Positions 47,700 through 57,519 of a stretch of DNA of 64,000 bases are shown here, piece by piece. Positions within the stretch are counted from its first letter, which is position 1, and each line of letters starts with the position of its first letter. The position numbers and the translations under genes were made by a program. This stretch comes from Candidatus Magasanikiibacteriota bacterium. Its GTDB lineage: Bacteria; Patescibacteriota; Patescibacteriia; Magasanikbacterales; UBA922. The DNA is taken from positions 132,948-196,947 of the forward strand of contig JAKITS010000001.1 in assembly GCA_021648085.1 (NCBI GenBank), in the 5' to 3' direction. The notes below the pieces were generated by a model. The model did not search any database and was not told where the DNA came from. It was given only the letters and a program-made list of their open reading frames with translations.

Positions 47700-49190
47700 A
47701 TGCTTCAAAAAATAATAAATTCCAAAAGCAAAACGTTTCTCGCGTTTTGTTTTTGTTTTTTATTTGGGACTGCTTTTGTTTCAATTTTAGATTTTTCATT
47801 TGATTTTGTTTTCATTTATTTTGGAATTTTTGTAGTTGTTGGGTTTTTAATTATTTTTTGGAAATACAAATTTTTTAGACTTACATCACTTTGTGTTTTG
47901 GCAATTTTACTTGCATTTGGCAGGTATATTTTATTTTTTCCCAGCGAAACCAATATTTCAAATTATGCAGAAGAGAATGTTCGATTTTCTGCTATTGTAA
48001 TCCAAGAGCCAGACATTCGTGTGGATAGTGTTCGCTATGTTGTAAATGTCGAAAAAGTAGATAAAAAAGTTGGAGAAGGTAGAGTTTATTTTAAATCAGA
48101 ACTTTATCCTCGCTATGAATATGGAGATAAATTAGAAATATATTGTAAAATAAAAAAACCAACAAAAATAGAAGATTTTAATTTTGATAAATATCTTGCA
48201 CTTAAAAAAGTTTTTGCATATTGCGGTGTTCCGCAAATTCGCAAAATAGGTGAGGATGAAGGAAATATTTTAATGAGTTCTGTGCTATCGGTAAAAAATA
48301 CTTTTGCGCAAAAAATAAATCGTCTGTGGCACGAGCCAAACGCAAGTTTTGTGGCAGGATTACTTTATGGTTATCGTGGGGGTTTGGGGGAGTTGCAAGA
48401 AGATTTCAACACAACTGGCGTTACGCATATTGTCGCGATCTCTGGCTATAATATTGCAATTATTGGTGCAATTTTTATTGTAATTTTGAGCTTTCTGCGA
48501 ATCCCTCGCAAAAAAGCATTTTGGATTATTATTTCTGGGATTGGTGTTTTCGTACTTTTTGCTGGAGCTAGTGCTTCCGTAGTGCGTGCAGGAATTATGG
48601 GACTTCTGGTTTTACTCGCAAAACAGCTTGGTAGAATGTCGCATCCTATAAATTTATTGCTTTTCACTGCCGTAGCAATGGTATTACACAATCCTTATGT
48701 TCTAATTTGGGATGCAGGTTTCCAACTATCTTTTGTGGCAACCGCTGGGCTTATCTACCTCACTCCAAAATTAGAAATTTTCACAGAAAAAATTCCAGAA
48801 CTTTTTGGACTAAAAAAGATTTTTCTGGAAACTTCAGCTGCAATTATCGCAACACTTCCACTAGTTCTATTTCATTTTGGTAGATTTTCTATTGTCGCAC
48901 TTCCTACAAATATTCTCATCCTGTGGATAATTCCATTTATAATGTTGGGTGGATTTTTGGCTGTAATTTCATCTTTTATCTTTTTTCCACTTGCCCAAAT
49001 TATTTCGTGGATTACATGGATTGCACTGGAATATGTTATTCTAATTGTTAGATGGTTTGCAGATTTTTCTTTTGCATCTATAAATTTAAGTATGCCTGCA
49101 ATTGTCGTAGTTTTGTTTTATATTTGTTTAATTTTCTATAAACAAATTTATGATTATTTGGAAATTAGATGGCTTAAATTTAGAATATGA
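47700..49190 (+). CDS. comEC: ComEC/Rec2-like competence channel protein, N-terminal part (DUF4131 plus competence domain)
   Basis: Polytopic membrane protein. 'TGVTHIVAISGYNIAIIG' is the competence-domain signature. Confidence 0.7.
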   Translation: MLQKIINSKSKTFLAFCFCFLFGTAFVSILDFSFDFVFIYFGIFVVVGFLIIFWKYKFFRLTSLCVLAILLAFGRYILFFPSETNISNYAEENVRFSAIVIQEPDIRVDSVRYVVNVEKVDKKVGEGRVYFKSELYPRYEYGDKLEIYCKIKKPTKIEDFNFDKYLALKKVFAYCGVPQIRKIGEDEGNILMSSVLSVKNTFAQKINRLWHEPNASFVAGLLYGYRGGLGELQEDFNTTGVTHIVAISGYNIAIIGAIFIVILSFLRIPRKKAFWIIISGIGVFVLFAGASASVVRAGIMGLLVLLAKQLGRMSHPINLLLFTAVAMVLHNPYVLIWDAGFQLSFVATAGLIYLTPKLEIFTEKIPELFGLKKIFLETSAAIIATLPLVLFHFGRFSIVALPTNILILWIIPFIMLGGFLAVISSFIFFPLAQIISWITWIALEYVILIVRWFADFSFASINLSMPAIVVVLFYICLIFYKQIYDYLEIRWLKFRI

Positions 49191-50065
49191 AAAAGGTAAT
49201 TATAATTTTAGTTTTAATTTTGGTAGTTATTTTTGCCGCATTATTTTTTTTGAAAAAAAGAGATAACTTTTCAGAATATGTACAAGCCGAGAATTTACCA
49301 GAAGTCACAGAATTGTATTTTCTTGATGTTGGACAAGGCGATGCAACTTTTATAGAATTCAAAAATGGAACTCAAGCTTTGGTAGATTGTGGAAAGTCTG
49401 CAAAAGTTTTGGAGGAGTTGGGTAGAGTTATGGATTTTCGTGACAAAAGTATAGATTACCTAATAATCACTCACCCAGACAACGATCATTATGGTGGTTG
49501 TATAGATGTGTTGGAGAGGTTTGATGTTGCAAATGTGGTTTACAATGGTCAGCATAAAAATAACGATGAGTTTTGGAATGAATTTTGGCGACGAGTAAAA
49601 AAAGAGGGTTCAAATTATCATGTCGTAAAAAGTGAGGAAAAGTGGTTTGTAGGAGATGATGTTTTGCATTTTCTTTTTCCAGACGGTAGTTTGATTCAAA
49701 ATCTGTCAGATAACAACAATTCTATAGTTTTTATATTGGAAAGTGCTGGTAAAAAAGTTTTATTTACTGGTGATATGGAGCAAGAGTTAGAGATTTATCT
49801 AATAGAAAAATTTGGTGAAAAGCTAGGTGTGGATATTTTGAAAGTTGGTCATCATGGAAGTGGATCTTCTTCAATAGATAAATTTGTAGATATGGTTTTA
49901 CCATATTATTCTATAATTCCTGTTGGAAAAAATAAATATGGACACCCATCTTTGCGAGTAATGCGAAGACTTGAGCGGTCTGGAAGTAGGATTTTCCGCA
50001 CAGACTTACTGCATGGTGTAAAAATTTTATTGGACGAGGAATTGAGCATGGATCAGATTAAATAA
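49187..50065 (+). CDS. ComEC metallo-beta-lactamase domain, as a separate ORF
   Basis: N-terminal TM segment, 'HPDNDHYGG' (HxHxDH) and 'VGHHGS'. ATGA overlap with the upstream ORF. Confidence 0.7.
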   Translation: MKKVIIILVLILVVIFAALFFLKKRDNFSEYVQAENLPEVTELYFLDVGQGDATFIEFKNGTQALVDCGKSAKVLEELGRVMDFRDKSIDYLIITHPDNDHYGGCIDVLERFDVANVVYNGQHKNNDEFWNEFWRRVKKEGSNYHVVKSEEKWFVGDDVLHFLFPDGSLIQNLSDNNNSIVFILESAGKKVLFTGDMEQELEIYLIEKFGEKLGVDILKVGHHGSGSSSIDKFVDMVLPYYSIIPVGKNKYGHPSLRVMRRLERSGSRIFRTDLLHGVKILLDEELSMDQIK

Positions 50066-50114
50066 ACCTGTACAAATGTATCCTTTTTTGGTATATTAAA
50101 TCCTAATATCATTC

Positions 50115-50224
50115 ACGTCATATTGAGCGGAACGAAGTGGAGTCGAAATATCTCGTGTTTAGTTCATTAATTTTAGTTTTTATGATATTTTCTCGAGATC
50201 CTTCGACTTCGCTCAGGATGACGT
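50115..50224. repeat. Inverted pair of family A units separated by 38 nt
   Basis: 50115-50155 'ACGTCATATTGAGCGGAACGAAGTGGAGTCGAAATATCTCG'. 50194-50224 'CGAGATCCTTCGACTTCGCTCAGGATGACGT'. Confidence 0.8.
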
Positions 50225-50238
50225 AAATTATAATTTTT

Positions 50239-50784
50239 ATGGATATATATAATACAGCAGTAACAGTATTATCGGTCGGAACTATTTTGGCGCAAGTTTT
50301 CATTGTGTTGGTTTTGATTTTTATTTTTGTACCACCACTTCACAAGCAGAAACAAGTAAAAAAGTTCTTGAAGTTTTTAAAAGAACGATCATTTTTACTA
50401 GCTTTTGGTGTGGCACTTTCTTCTATTGTGGGAAGTTTATTTTTTTCAGATGTAGCCTCACTTTTACCTTGTGAGCTTTGCTGGAAGCAGAGAATTTTGA
50501 TGTTTCCACAATCATTATTGTTTGGTCTTGCTGTATGGAAAAAGGAGAAAGTAATTGCAGATTATAGTACTTTACTTTCTGCGATAGGAATTTTATATTC
50601 TATTTATCACTATACTTTACAGATGTTGCCTCGTGATATTACCACTTGCGATACATCTAGCTTTCTATCTAGTTGCTCAGAAAAATTAATATTTGAATTT
50701 GGGTATATTACAATTCCAATGATGACTGCTACGGCTTTCGCATTGCTATTGCTATTTATGTTGATTCATAAAAAATTAAAATAA
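50239..50784 (+). CDS. DsbB/BdbC-like disulfide-formation membrane protein
   Basis: Four predicted TM helices with 'LPCELCWKQR' and a second Cys pair 'TTCDTSSFLSSC'. Confidence 0.5.
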   Translation: MDIYNTAVTVLSVGTILAQVFIVLVLIFIFVPPLHKQKQVKKFLKFLKERSFLLAFGVALSSIVGSLFFSDVASLLPCELCWKQRILMFPQSLLFGLAVWKKEKVIADYSTLLSAIGILYSIYHYTLQMLPRDITTCDTSSFLSSCSEKLIFEFGYITIPMMTATAFALLLLFMLIHKKLK

Positions 50785-50790
50785 TTAATT

Positions 50791-50812
50791 AGAGACTTAG
50801 GTCTCTTTTTTA
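50791..50812 (+). terminator. Intrinsic terminator
   Basis: 'AGAGACTTAGGTCTCTTTTTT'. Confidence 0.5.
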
Positions 50813-50817
50813 AAACT

Positions 50818-51516
50818 ATGAAAAAAAATAAAGAAAAAATTATAGTATTATCACTTGGGGGTTCACTTATAATTCCACCAGAAGGGTTCAATAGAAAATT
50901 TCTAAAAGGTTTCAAAAAAATGATCTTGAGTCATATTGAAAAGAATTACAGATTTATAATTGTATGTGGCGGGGGAGCAACAAGTAGAAAATATCAAGAT
51001 GCGGTGAGCGATGTCACAAAACTTATTTCAGAGGATATAGATTGGATTGGAATTCATGCAACTAGATTGAATGCACATTTTGTACGAACAATTTTTCGTA
51101 AATGGGCAAATCCAAAAGTAATAAAAAATCCAACCAAAAAGATTGAATGGAAAGAAGACATTTTGATAGCTTCTGGCTGGAAACCAGGTTGGTCTACAGA
51201 TTATGATGCTGTAAAATTGGCAGAATTGTACGGAGCAGAAAAAGTTATAAACTTATCCAATATAACTTATATTTATAGCGAGGATCCAAAGAAAAATAAA
51301 GATGCTAAAAAGATAAAAGATATCACTTGGAAAAAATTTAGAAAAATTGTAGGAGACGAGTGGATTCCTGGCTCAAACCTACCTTTTGACCCAATCGCTA
51401 GCCGAGAAGCAGACAAGCTAAAATTGTCTGTAATAGTAATGAATGGAACGAAACTAAAACAAGTAGAAAAAGCAATCAAAGGCAAAAAGTTCAAAGGCTC
51501 TTTGATTCATCCATAA
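50818..51516 (+). CDS. Amino-acid-kinase family protein, archaeal-type UMP kinase-like
   Basis: 'KIIVLSLGGSLI' and 'FIIVCGGGATSRKY' resemble archaeal PyrH blocks. Confidence 0.45.
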   Translation: MKKNKEKIIVLSLGGSLIIPPEGFNRKFLKGFKKMILSHIEKNYRFIIVCGGGATSRKYQDAVSDVTKLISEDIDWIGIHATRLNAHFVRTIFRKWANPKVIKNPTKKIEWKEDILIASGWKPGWSTDYDAVKLAELYGAEKVINLSNITYIYSEDPKKNKDAKKIKDITWKKFRKIVGDEWIPGSNLPFDPIASREADKLKLSVIVMNGTKLKQVEKAIKGKKFKGSLIHP

Positions 51517-51532
51517 ATATAAATTAGTTAAA

Positions 51533-51568
51533 ACAAAAAAGAAGCAATTTAGCTTCTTTTTTGTTTTA
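51533..51568. terminator. Bidirectional intrinsic terminator
   Basis: 'AAAAAAGAAGCAATTTAGCTTCTTTTTTGTTTT'. Confidence 0.7.
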
Positions 51569-51569
51569 T

Positions 51570-52010
51570 TTATTCCTCACCCCTTATCACAATCTTCCTT
51601 CTATTTTCTTCAGCTTGTATCAAATCTATTTCAATTATATCTTTGTCGGCAATTAATTCTTGTACTTTCTCTGGCCATTCTATCAAAGTCAAAGTATCCT
51701 TTTTTCCAATATAATCTTCTGCGCCAATTTCTATCAATGCTTCCTCATCTTTCAATCTGTAAGTATCTATGTGGATAAGTTTTTTTATTCCATTTTTTTC
51801 TTTGTCCAAAGTATACACATTCATCAAAGTAAAAGTAGGACTATTTATAGTTCTTTTTATTTTTAAACCCTGCGCAATTCCTTTTACAAAAGTACTTTTC
51901 CCGGCACCCAATTCACCATTTAGCAAGATAATATCTCCGCCTTTTAATTCTTTTACTAAATTTTTTCCAACTTCTTCTGTTTCTGTTGGTGAATTGGTTA
52001 TAAATTCCAT
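51570..52010 (-). CDS. tsaE: tRNA threonylcarbamoyladenosine biosynthesis ATPase TsaE
   Basis: 'ILLNGELGAGKSTFVKGIAQGL' P-loop, 146 aa. Confidence 0.8.
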   Translation of the reverse strand: MEFITNSPTETEEVGKNLVKELKGGDIILLNGELGAGKSTFVKGIAQGLKIKRTINSPTFTLMNVYTLDKEKNGIKKLIHIDTYRLKDEEALIEIGAEDYIGKKDTLTLIEWPEKVQELIADKDIIEIDLIQAEENRRKIVIRGEE

Positions 52011-52011
52011 A

Positions 52012-53262
52012 TTATTTTTTTAATTCTGGATAGAGTGGAAAATGACTTGTCATTTCCTTCACATCATTTTTTATATTTTCTAGTATAGCATCATCTGTGT
52101 GATTTTCCACAGCTTTATTTATCCACACTGCTATCTGCTCCATCTCTATTTCTTTCATACCGCGTGTGGTTATTGCTGGTGTACCTAGGCGAATTCCACT
52201 TGGATCAAATGGGCTTCTTGTGTCGTCTGGAATCATATTTTTGTTCACTGTAATTCCTGCTTTGTCTAGTGCCTCTTCTGCTTCTTTTCCTGTCACATTT
52301 TTTGGCGACACATCTATGAGAAGTAGGTGATTATCTGTTCCACCAAACATAAGTTTAAAACCAAACTCAGATAATTTTTGTTCCAAAACTTTTGCATTCT
52401 TTTTTATTTGAATTGCATATTCTTTGAAGTCTGGTTGCAAAGCTTCTTTGAAAGCTACAGCTTTTCCGGCGATATTATTTTCGTGTGGACCACCTTGAAG
52501 TCCTGGAAAAACTGCCTTATTCACTCTTTTTGCAAATTCTTTTTTACACATTATCATACCACCTCTTGGTCCACGCAAAGTTTTGTGAGTTGTGGTTGTC
52601 ACAACATCAAAAATAGGCACAGGATTATTCATTTGTCCACCTGCAATTAGCCCAGCAATATGTGCAATATCTGCCATTGTATAAGCTCCAACTTCGTCTG
52701 CAATCTTTTTTACCCCCTTATAATCTATTTCTCGAGAGTAAGCACTATAACCAACCAAAATTAATTTTGGTTTATGCTCCAACGCCATTTGTCTCAAATT
52801 TTCCAAATCAAGCAAACCCTCCTCATTTGTTTTGTATCTTATAAAATTGTACATTTTTGCCATTGCTGTCACAGGATGCCCGTGAGTCAGATGTCCACCA
52901 TGAGACAAATCCATTCCAAGTACAGTATCTCCCATTTCTAGTAATGCAACATAAGCTGCCATATTTGCTGGTGCTCCAGAAAGTGGTTGTACATTTACAT
53001 GTTCAGCTTCAAAAATTTCTTTTGCTCGGTCTATTGCGAGTTGTTCAATTACATCTATATTTTCACAACCACCATAATATCTTCGTCCAGGATAGCCCTC
53101 GGCATATTTGTTTGTAAGTACGGAACCCAAAGTTTCTAAAACTGCCATTGATACAAAATTCTCAGATGGAATCATCTCCAAACCATTTTCCTGTCTCCTA
53201 GTTTCTTTTTTTATAGATTCGTTTACTTGTGGATCAAATTTTTCTAGAGATAGTTTATTCAT
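52012..53262 (-). CDS. glyA: Serine hydroxymethyltransferase
   Basis: '[17 protein letters not shown]' PLP-lysine block, 416 aa. Confidence 0.9.
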   Translation of the reverse strand: MNKLSLEKFDPQVNESIKKETRRQENGLEMIPSENFVSMAVLETLGSVLTNKYAEGYPGRRYYGGCENIDVIEQLAIDRAKEIFEAEHVNVQPLSGAPANMAAYVALLEMGDTVLGMDLSHGGHLTHGHPVTAMAKMYNFIRYKTNEEGLLDLENLRQMALEHKPKLILVGYSAYSREIDYKGVKKIADEVGAYTMADIAHIAGLIAGGQMNNPVPIFDVVTTTTHKTLRGPRGGMIMCKKEFAKRVNKAVFPGLQGGPHENNIAGKAVAFKEALQPDFKEYAIQIKKNAKVLEQKLSEFGFKLMFGGTDNHLLLIDVSPKNVTGKEAEEALDKAGITVNKNMIPDDTRSPFDPSGIRLGTPAITTRGMKEIEMEQIAVWINKAVENHTDDAILENIKNDVKEMTSHFPLYPELKK

Positions 53263-53389
53263 AAATATTCTTAAAACATTAGTATTTAAAGTTTAACAAA
53301 TTTAAGCAAATTAGTACAAGTCTTGTTTTTTTATTGTAAAAATGATAATTTTAAGCTAGTTCTTTAACATTTTTTAAAAGGAGCGAGTA

Positions 53390-53575
53390 GTGTTTTTCTA
53401 TGTTTTGTTAGTCTGTATTACAATTTTTATAATTTGGTTTTACTTTGCAATTTTGAGAGTTCAAAAAGAGGAAAGGAGGCAAGGTATGATATTGTCTAAA
53501 AAAGAGTTCAATAAAGCAATTTTAAAAGAAATTTTTCTATCTTTCACACTCAAAAAAGGAGGAGGAGATGAGTAA
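53390..53575 (+). CDS. Small membrane protein (61 aa), overlapping the ARH start
   Basis: One TM helix plus a basic tail. The stop overlaps the ATG of the downstream ADP-ribosylglycohydrolase gene (GATGAGTAA). Confidence 0.3.
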   Translation: MFFYVLLVCITIFIIWFYFAILRVQKEERRQGMILSKKEFNKAILKEIFLSFTLKKGGGDE

Positions 53576-54653
53576 AAAAATCCTAAGTAATATTCAAGGT
53601 TGTTTGATGGGAATTATGATTGGTGACGCAATGGGTGCGCCATGTGAAGTAATGACTTTTCAAGAAATTGCAAAAGCTACAAACGGTGGAATAAAAGATT
53701 TTGAAGATCTCTCTGTTTTTGAAAGAAGATTGGACAAGGGTTTACGTTTTAAAGTTGGTGATACCACAGACGATTGGGCTTTTACAAAAGCACTTACAGA
53801 ATCTTTAATTGTAAAAGGCGGCTATAGTCATATGGACTGTGCTCGCAGATTTGTAGAAGTTTACAAAAGTGGCGTGGTTGGAATGGGTCGTACAACCAGA
53901 GAAAGTTTGTATACTGTAAAAAAATTTTTAGATGTTCTTTCTGGTGAGGAAAAGCAGAAATATAGTAATATGGATAGAGTGGATTTGTATGGAACTTTTA
54001 GAAGGTTAATTAACAGGCAAAATTATGGAAATGGGGCTGGTGTGGCTATGAGGATTGCACCTTTAGCAATTCTTAGTTCTGTTTCTGGAGAAAATCTTGA
54101 CTTATTATATGAACAACTTCGTTTAAATAGTTCTATTACCCATTTAAACAAGCAGGCATCTGATTCTGCATGTTTGGTGGGTTGTATAATACACGATATT
54201 TTTTCTGAAAGCCTTGGTGATATTTATTCTAACTATAGTTATTTAAAGTCTATTATTAGTGAAGTTGGTAATGAAATTGAAGGTTTATTGTTAAATTGGA
54301 ATAAAAATAAAAGAACACTGCTTAGTGAAATGTTGTTTGTAGAAGAGAAATATAATGATTTGTTGGCTTTAAAACTTAAGTTTTGTATGGGTAGATCTGC
54401 TTTTTCTGCTTTAAGTTCGGTTGCATTTTCTGTTTCTATATTTGTTCGTAATATGAATAAATTTCGAGCAGGAATTTTGGAAGCGGTAAATGCTGGTGGA
54501 GATACAGATACCACAGCTTCTATGGTTGGCGCTATGCTTGGTGCCCAGTGCGGTTTGGAAGGAATTCCTAAAGAGTGGAGAGACTTTAATCCAGAATTCA
54601 AAGAGGCCGAAGAATTAGGTGAAAAATTGTACAACTTAGCTTTTAACAAATAA
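53568..54653 (+). CDS. ADP-ribosylglycohydrolase family protein
   Basis: 'GCLMGIMIGDAMGAPCE' N-terminal block and 'GGDTDTTASMVGAMLGA' C-terminal block are the two ARH signatures. Confidence 0.8.
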   Translation: MSKKILSNIQGCLMGIMIGDAMGAPCEVMTFQEIAKATNGGIKDFEDLSVFERRLDKGLRFKVGDTTDDWAFTKALTESLIVKGGYSHMDCARRFVEVYKSGVVGMGRTTRESLYTVKKFLDVLSGEEKQKYSNMDRVDLYGTFRRLINRQNYGNGAGVAMRIAPLAILSSVSGENLDLLYEQLRLNSSITHLNKQASDSACLVGCIIHDIFSESLGDIYSNYSYLKSIISEVGNEIEGLLLNWNKNKRTLLSEMLFVEEKYNDLLALKLKFCMGRSAFSALSSVAFSVSIFVRNMNKFRAGILEAVNAGGDTDTTASMVGAMLGAQCGLEGIPKEWRDFNPEFKEAEELGEKLYNLAFNK

Positions 54654-54654
54654 A

Positions 54655-54688
54655 AGCAAAACCATCTCAATTGAGATGGTTTTTTTAT
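54655..54688. terminator. Bidirectional intrinsic terminator
   Basis: 'AAAACCATCTCAATTGAGATGGTTTTTTTATTT'. Confidence 0.7.
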
Positions 54689-56329
54689 TTAAATTTTCCT
54701 CACCATATAAGTACCAACTTTTCGATACCCTAATTTTCTATAATATCCTCTTACTCCAACTCCAGAAATTACAGCCATTTTTTTGTAGCCTTCTTTTTTT
54801 GCAATTTTTTCTGCTTCAACCATTAATTTTTTACCAGTTCCTTTGTGTTGTGCTGCATTTTTCTTGTATTTACCAATTCCCACAAGTTGTCCGTAAGTAT
54901 GAAGCTCTCGTACAAAAGCACAATTTTTTATTTCTGGGAGTAATTTATAAACTCCTATTTTTTTCGGAGTTTTTTCTGGAATTCTAAGTCTCAAAAATCC
55001 AAACAAAGCTTCGCGGTTTTTGGTTTCATAACTTATAAAGTATTCTTTCCCACCAACTGTTTCATACATTTCCACAAATAGGTGGGGAGGTTCATTTGCA
55101 AGTTCTTTGTGTCTGCCAATTTCGCGACAACGCAAACATACACATTTTTCACCTTTTTCTGCCATTTTTTCTTTTAGCATTTCTCGTAGATTTGTAGTGG
55201 AGTTTCCTGCTGTGATTTCTGTACTTGGAATATCGCGAATCAATCTAGAAATTCTACAATAAAGCGGAGTGGCAATTTTCATTTTTATCAAAGACTCAAA
55301 CAAATCTTTTGGATTCTGTGGTTTATATTTTTTATTTTTGTACCATTTATAAAGCTCTGTATTTTTCAAAACTGCGCAAGGATAAATCTTTACCATATCT
55401 GGTCGCAGTGCCTCGTCTACAAACAAACTCTTGTACATCTCTACATCGTGCTGCGGGCTAGATCCAGGCAAGTCTGGCATAAAGTGTAGATCTACTTTAA
55501 AACCAGCTTGTCTTAGTAAAAACATGGCTTTTTTGAATTGCTCTACTGTGTGTCCGCGCTTTGTAAGCTCCAAAATTTTATCGTCTGGTGCTTGAAGTCC
55601 AAGCTCAATTCTAGTGCAACCTTGCCTACGCATATGGAAAATTGTTTTTGGTGTAATTGTGTCTGGGCGTGTTTCCAAAGTTAACCCAATTATTCTAAAT
55701 TTTGCTTTTTCATTTTTCCTTTGTTCTTTTTCTAGTGCTTCTTGAAGTTCTTCTAAGGTTGAATCTAAACTAACCTTCTCCTTCTTAGGTTTTCCATATT
55801 CATTACACGCGCGAAAAGATTCCAAAATAAACCAATATTGATATTTTATTTGGTAAGCATTCCAAGTTCCGCCTTTAATTATAAATTCAATTTTATCTGC
55901 AATATGTCCACTTTCTGTTAAAGCTTCAATTCTTCTACGCATTTGCTCGTAAGGACTAAAGTCCAAAAGTAGAGCTCTTGCTGCTGCAGGTTCAGATGCA
56001 AGATAACTTTTTGGCATTCGCTTTTCTGTTGGGCAATATATGCATTTTCCTGGACAACTATATGGTTTTACAAGTGAGGTCACAACGGCAATTCCAGACA
56101 AACTGCGAATATCTGCTTTTCGCATAAAAAGTTCTAAATTCTTATCTTTTTTTATTTTCTTTTTTTCAACCAATTCTCTATAAACAGCAAAAAGCAACCT
56201 ATTTGAAGGTTGTTTTAGTTTCATTTTTCCTGCAATTATTCTTTTGGCATCATCTACTCCAAATTTGTGTTGCGGTTTTTTTGAAATTATAAATCTTAAT
56301 ATTTTTTCCAATTCTTTCTTTGTGTGCAT
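54689..56329 (-). CDS. elp3: Elp3-like radical SAM / GNAT acetyltransferase (tRNA U34 carboxymethyl modification homolog)
   Basis: 'CPGKCIYCP' (Cx4Cx2C radical SAM cluster) and C-terminal GNAT 'HKGTGKKLMVEAEKIAKKEGYKKMAV'. Confidence 0.8.
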   Translation of the reverse strand: MHTKKELEKILRFIISKKPQHKFGVDDAKRIIAGKMKLKQPSNRLLFAVYRELVEKKKIKKDKNLELFMRKADIRSLSGIAVVTSLVKPYSCPGKCIYCPTEKRMPKSYLASEPAAARALLLDFSPYEQMRRRIEALTESGHIADKIEFIIKGGTWNAYQIKYQYWFILESFRACNEYGKPKKEKVSLDSTLEELQEALEKEQRKNEKAKFRIIGLTLETRPDTITPKTIFHMRRQGCTRIELGLQAPDDKILELTKRGHTVEQFKKAMFLLRQAGFKVDLHFMPDLPGSSPQHDVEMYKSLFVDEALRPDMVKIYPCAVLKNTELYKWYKNKKYKPQNPKDLFESLIKMKIATPLYCRISRLIRDIPSTEITAGNSTTNLREMLKEKMAEKGEKCVCLRCREIGRHKELANEPPHLFVEMYETVGGKEYFISYETKNREALFGFLRLRIPEKTPKKIGVYKLLPEIKNCAFVRELHTYGQLVGIGKYKKNAAQHKGTGKKLMVEAEKIAKKEGYKKMAVISGVGVRGYYRKLGYRKVGTYMVRKI

Positions 56330-56379
56330 ATTTGAGAAGTTCTAATTGTTATATCGTTTCGCTTGTTTTTTGCCTTGTT

Positions 56380-56466
56380 GTCATTCTCAGCTTGACTGGG
56401 AATCCAGAGTCTGCAAACCAGAATGTTGAATCAAATCCTGGACCCCCAATCAAGTTGAGGATGACG
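56380..56466. repeat. Family B MITE-like element (87 nt)
   Basis: 'GTCATTCTCAGCTTGACTGGGAATCCAGAGTCTGCAAACCAG...GGACCCCCAATCAAGTTGAGGATGACG'. Confidence 0.75.
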
Positions 56467-56511
56467 AATAAAATATCCTTTTTTGCTTAGTCTACCTAGT
56501 TTGTTTTCTCA

Positions 56512-57390
56512 TCATTTTCCAGTAATCAAACAAACAATTGCCCCATTCCAACTCCAGCCAGATTCGCGAGCTTTGATAAGTCCAGCCACAGAAAGTGCGC
56601 TGTTTGGTGAAATCTCTATTTCTGTGTCTTCTACTGTTATATTTATTGCGCTTTTTATTTCATTATTTGTGACTATCCAGCCACTTCCTTTTGAGTTTTT
56701 TACAATTTCTGTAACTATATCTTTTCTGTGCGCTACATTATCCACAATTGCTCCAGCTATTGAATCCTCTACATCTATTTTATCCCATTTCATAAATTCA
56801 CTAGCAATTGGATTGCAACTTTCTGTCTGTACTATATGAATTTGTGGATTTTGTTTTAAACTCTCAAAGTGCTTTCCCAAAGCTTCTGCTGTAGTTCCAG
56901 AAGAAGTTGGTACAAAAATAGCCTCCAAATTCTCTATTTCATCTAATTCTTCTGCTAAACTCTTATATCCTTCCAAAGCAGTTTCATCTGTAGATTGTCT
57001 TAAATAAGCGATATTTTCTTTTTTTCCCTCCAAAAAAGCCTGTTGTTTTGGTCTTTCTACTTGTTTTATCTCTATATTTTCGTCTGTAAGCTTATTTAAA
57101 GGTTTTAATTTGCCTTCACTTATCTTTTTACCCACAAAAACCGCTAATTTTACAGCTTTTTGAGCTGTTTTGTTGTGTTTTTTTACAAATAGCATAGCAG
57201 TTAGTCCTGCATTTCCAGAGGAGGATACTACAAATTCAGTAATGCCTGTCTTTATATAGCTTTCAATCATTTTTGGAATAGACCTACCTTTGTGAGATTT
57301 GTACTCATGCATGTCTTCTCTTTTCAAATAAAGCATTGGTACGCCGATACTACTTGCCAAATTTGGGTATGATTTTTGTGGTGTTTGCAT
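56512..57390 (-). CDS. Fold-type II PLP-dependent enzyme (TrpB/threonine-synthase-like), specificity unknown
   Basis: 'EYKSHKGRS' lysine block and the glycine-rich 'VSSSGNAGLT' PLP-phosphate loop. Confidence 0.4.
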   Translation of the reverse strand: MQTPQKSYPNLASSIGVPMLYLKREDMHEYKSHKGRSIPKMIESYIKTGITEFVVSSSGNAGLTAMLFVKKHNKTAQKAVKLAVFVGKKISEGKLKPLNKLTDENIEIKQVERPKQQAFLEGKKENIAYLRQSTDETALEGYKSLAEELDEIENLEAIFVPTSSGTTAEALGKHFESLKQNPQIHIVQTESCNPIASEFMKWDKIDVEDSIAGAIVDNVAHRKDIVTEIVKNSKGSGWIVTNNEIKSAINITVEDTEIEISPNSALSVAGLIKARESGWSWNGAIVCLITGK

Positions 57391-57482
57391 AAATTTAAAA
57401 TAAAATTCTATATTTTAACATGTTAAATATATCAGTTTTTGGCTAAAGTATCAAGTTTTTTCGTGATTTCGTCTTAAAAGAC

Positions 57483-57516
57483 TTGACAAAACATTAAAAA
57501 TGTGCTATTATATTTA
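57483..57516 (+). promoter_or_regulatory. Near-consensus sigma-70 promoter driving the GC-rich RNA
   Basis: TTGACA (57483-88), 17-nt spacer, TGcTATTAT extended -10 (57503-11). Confidence 0.6.
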
Positions 57517-57519
57517 AAT

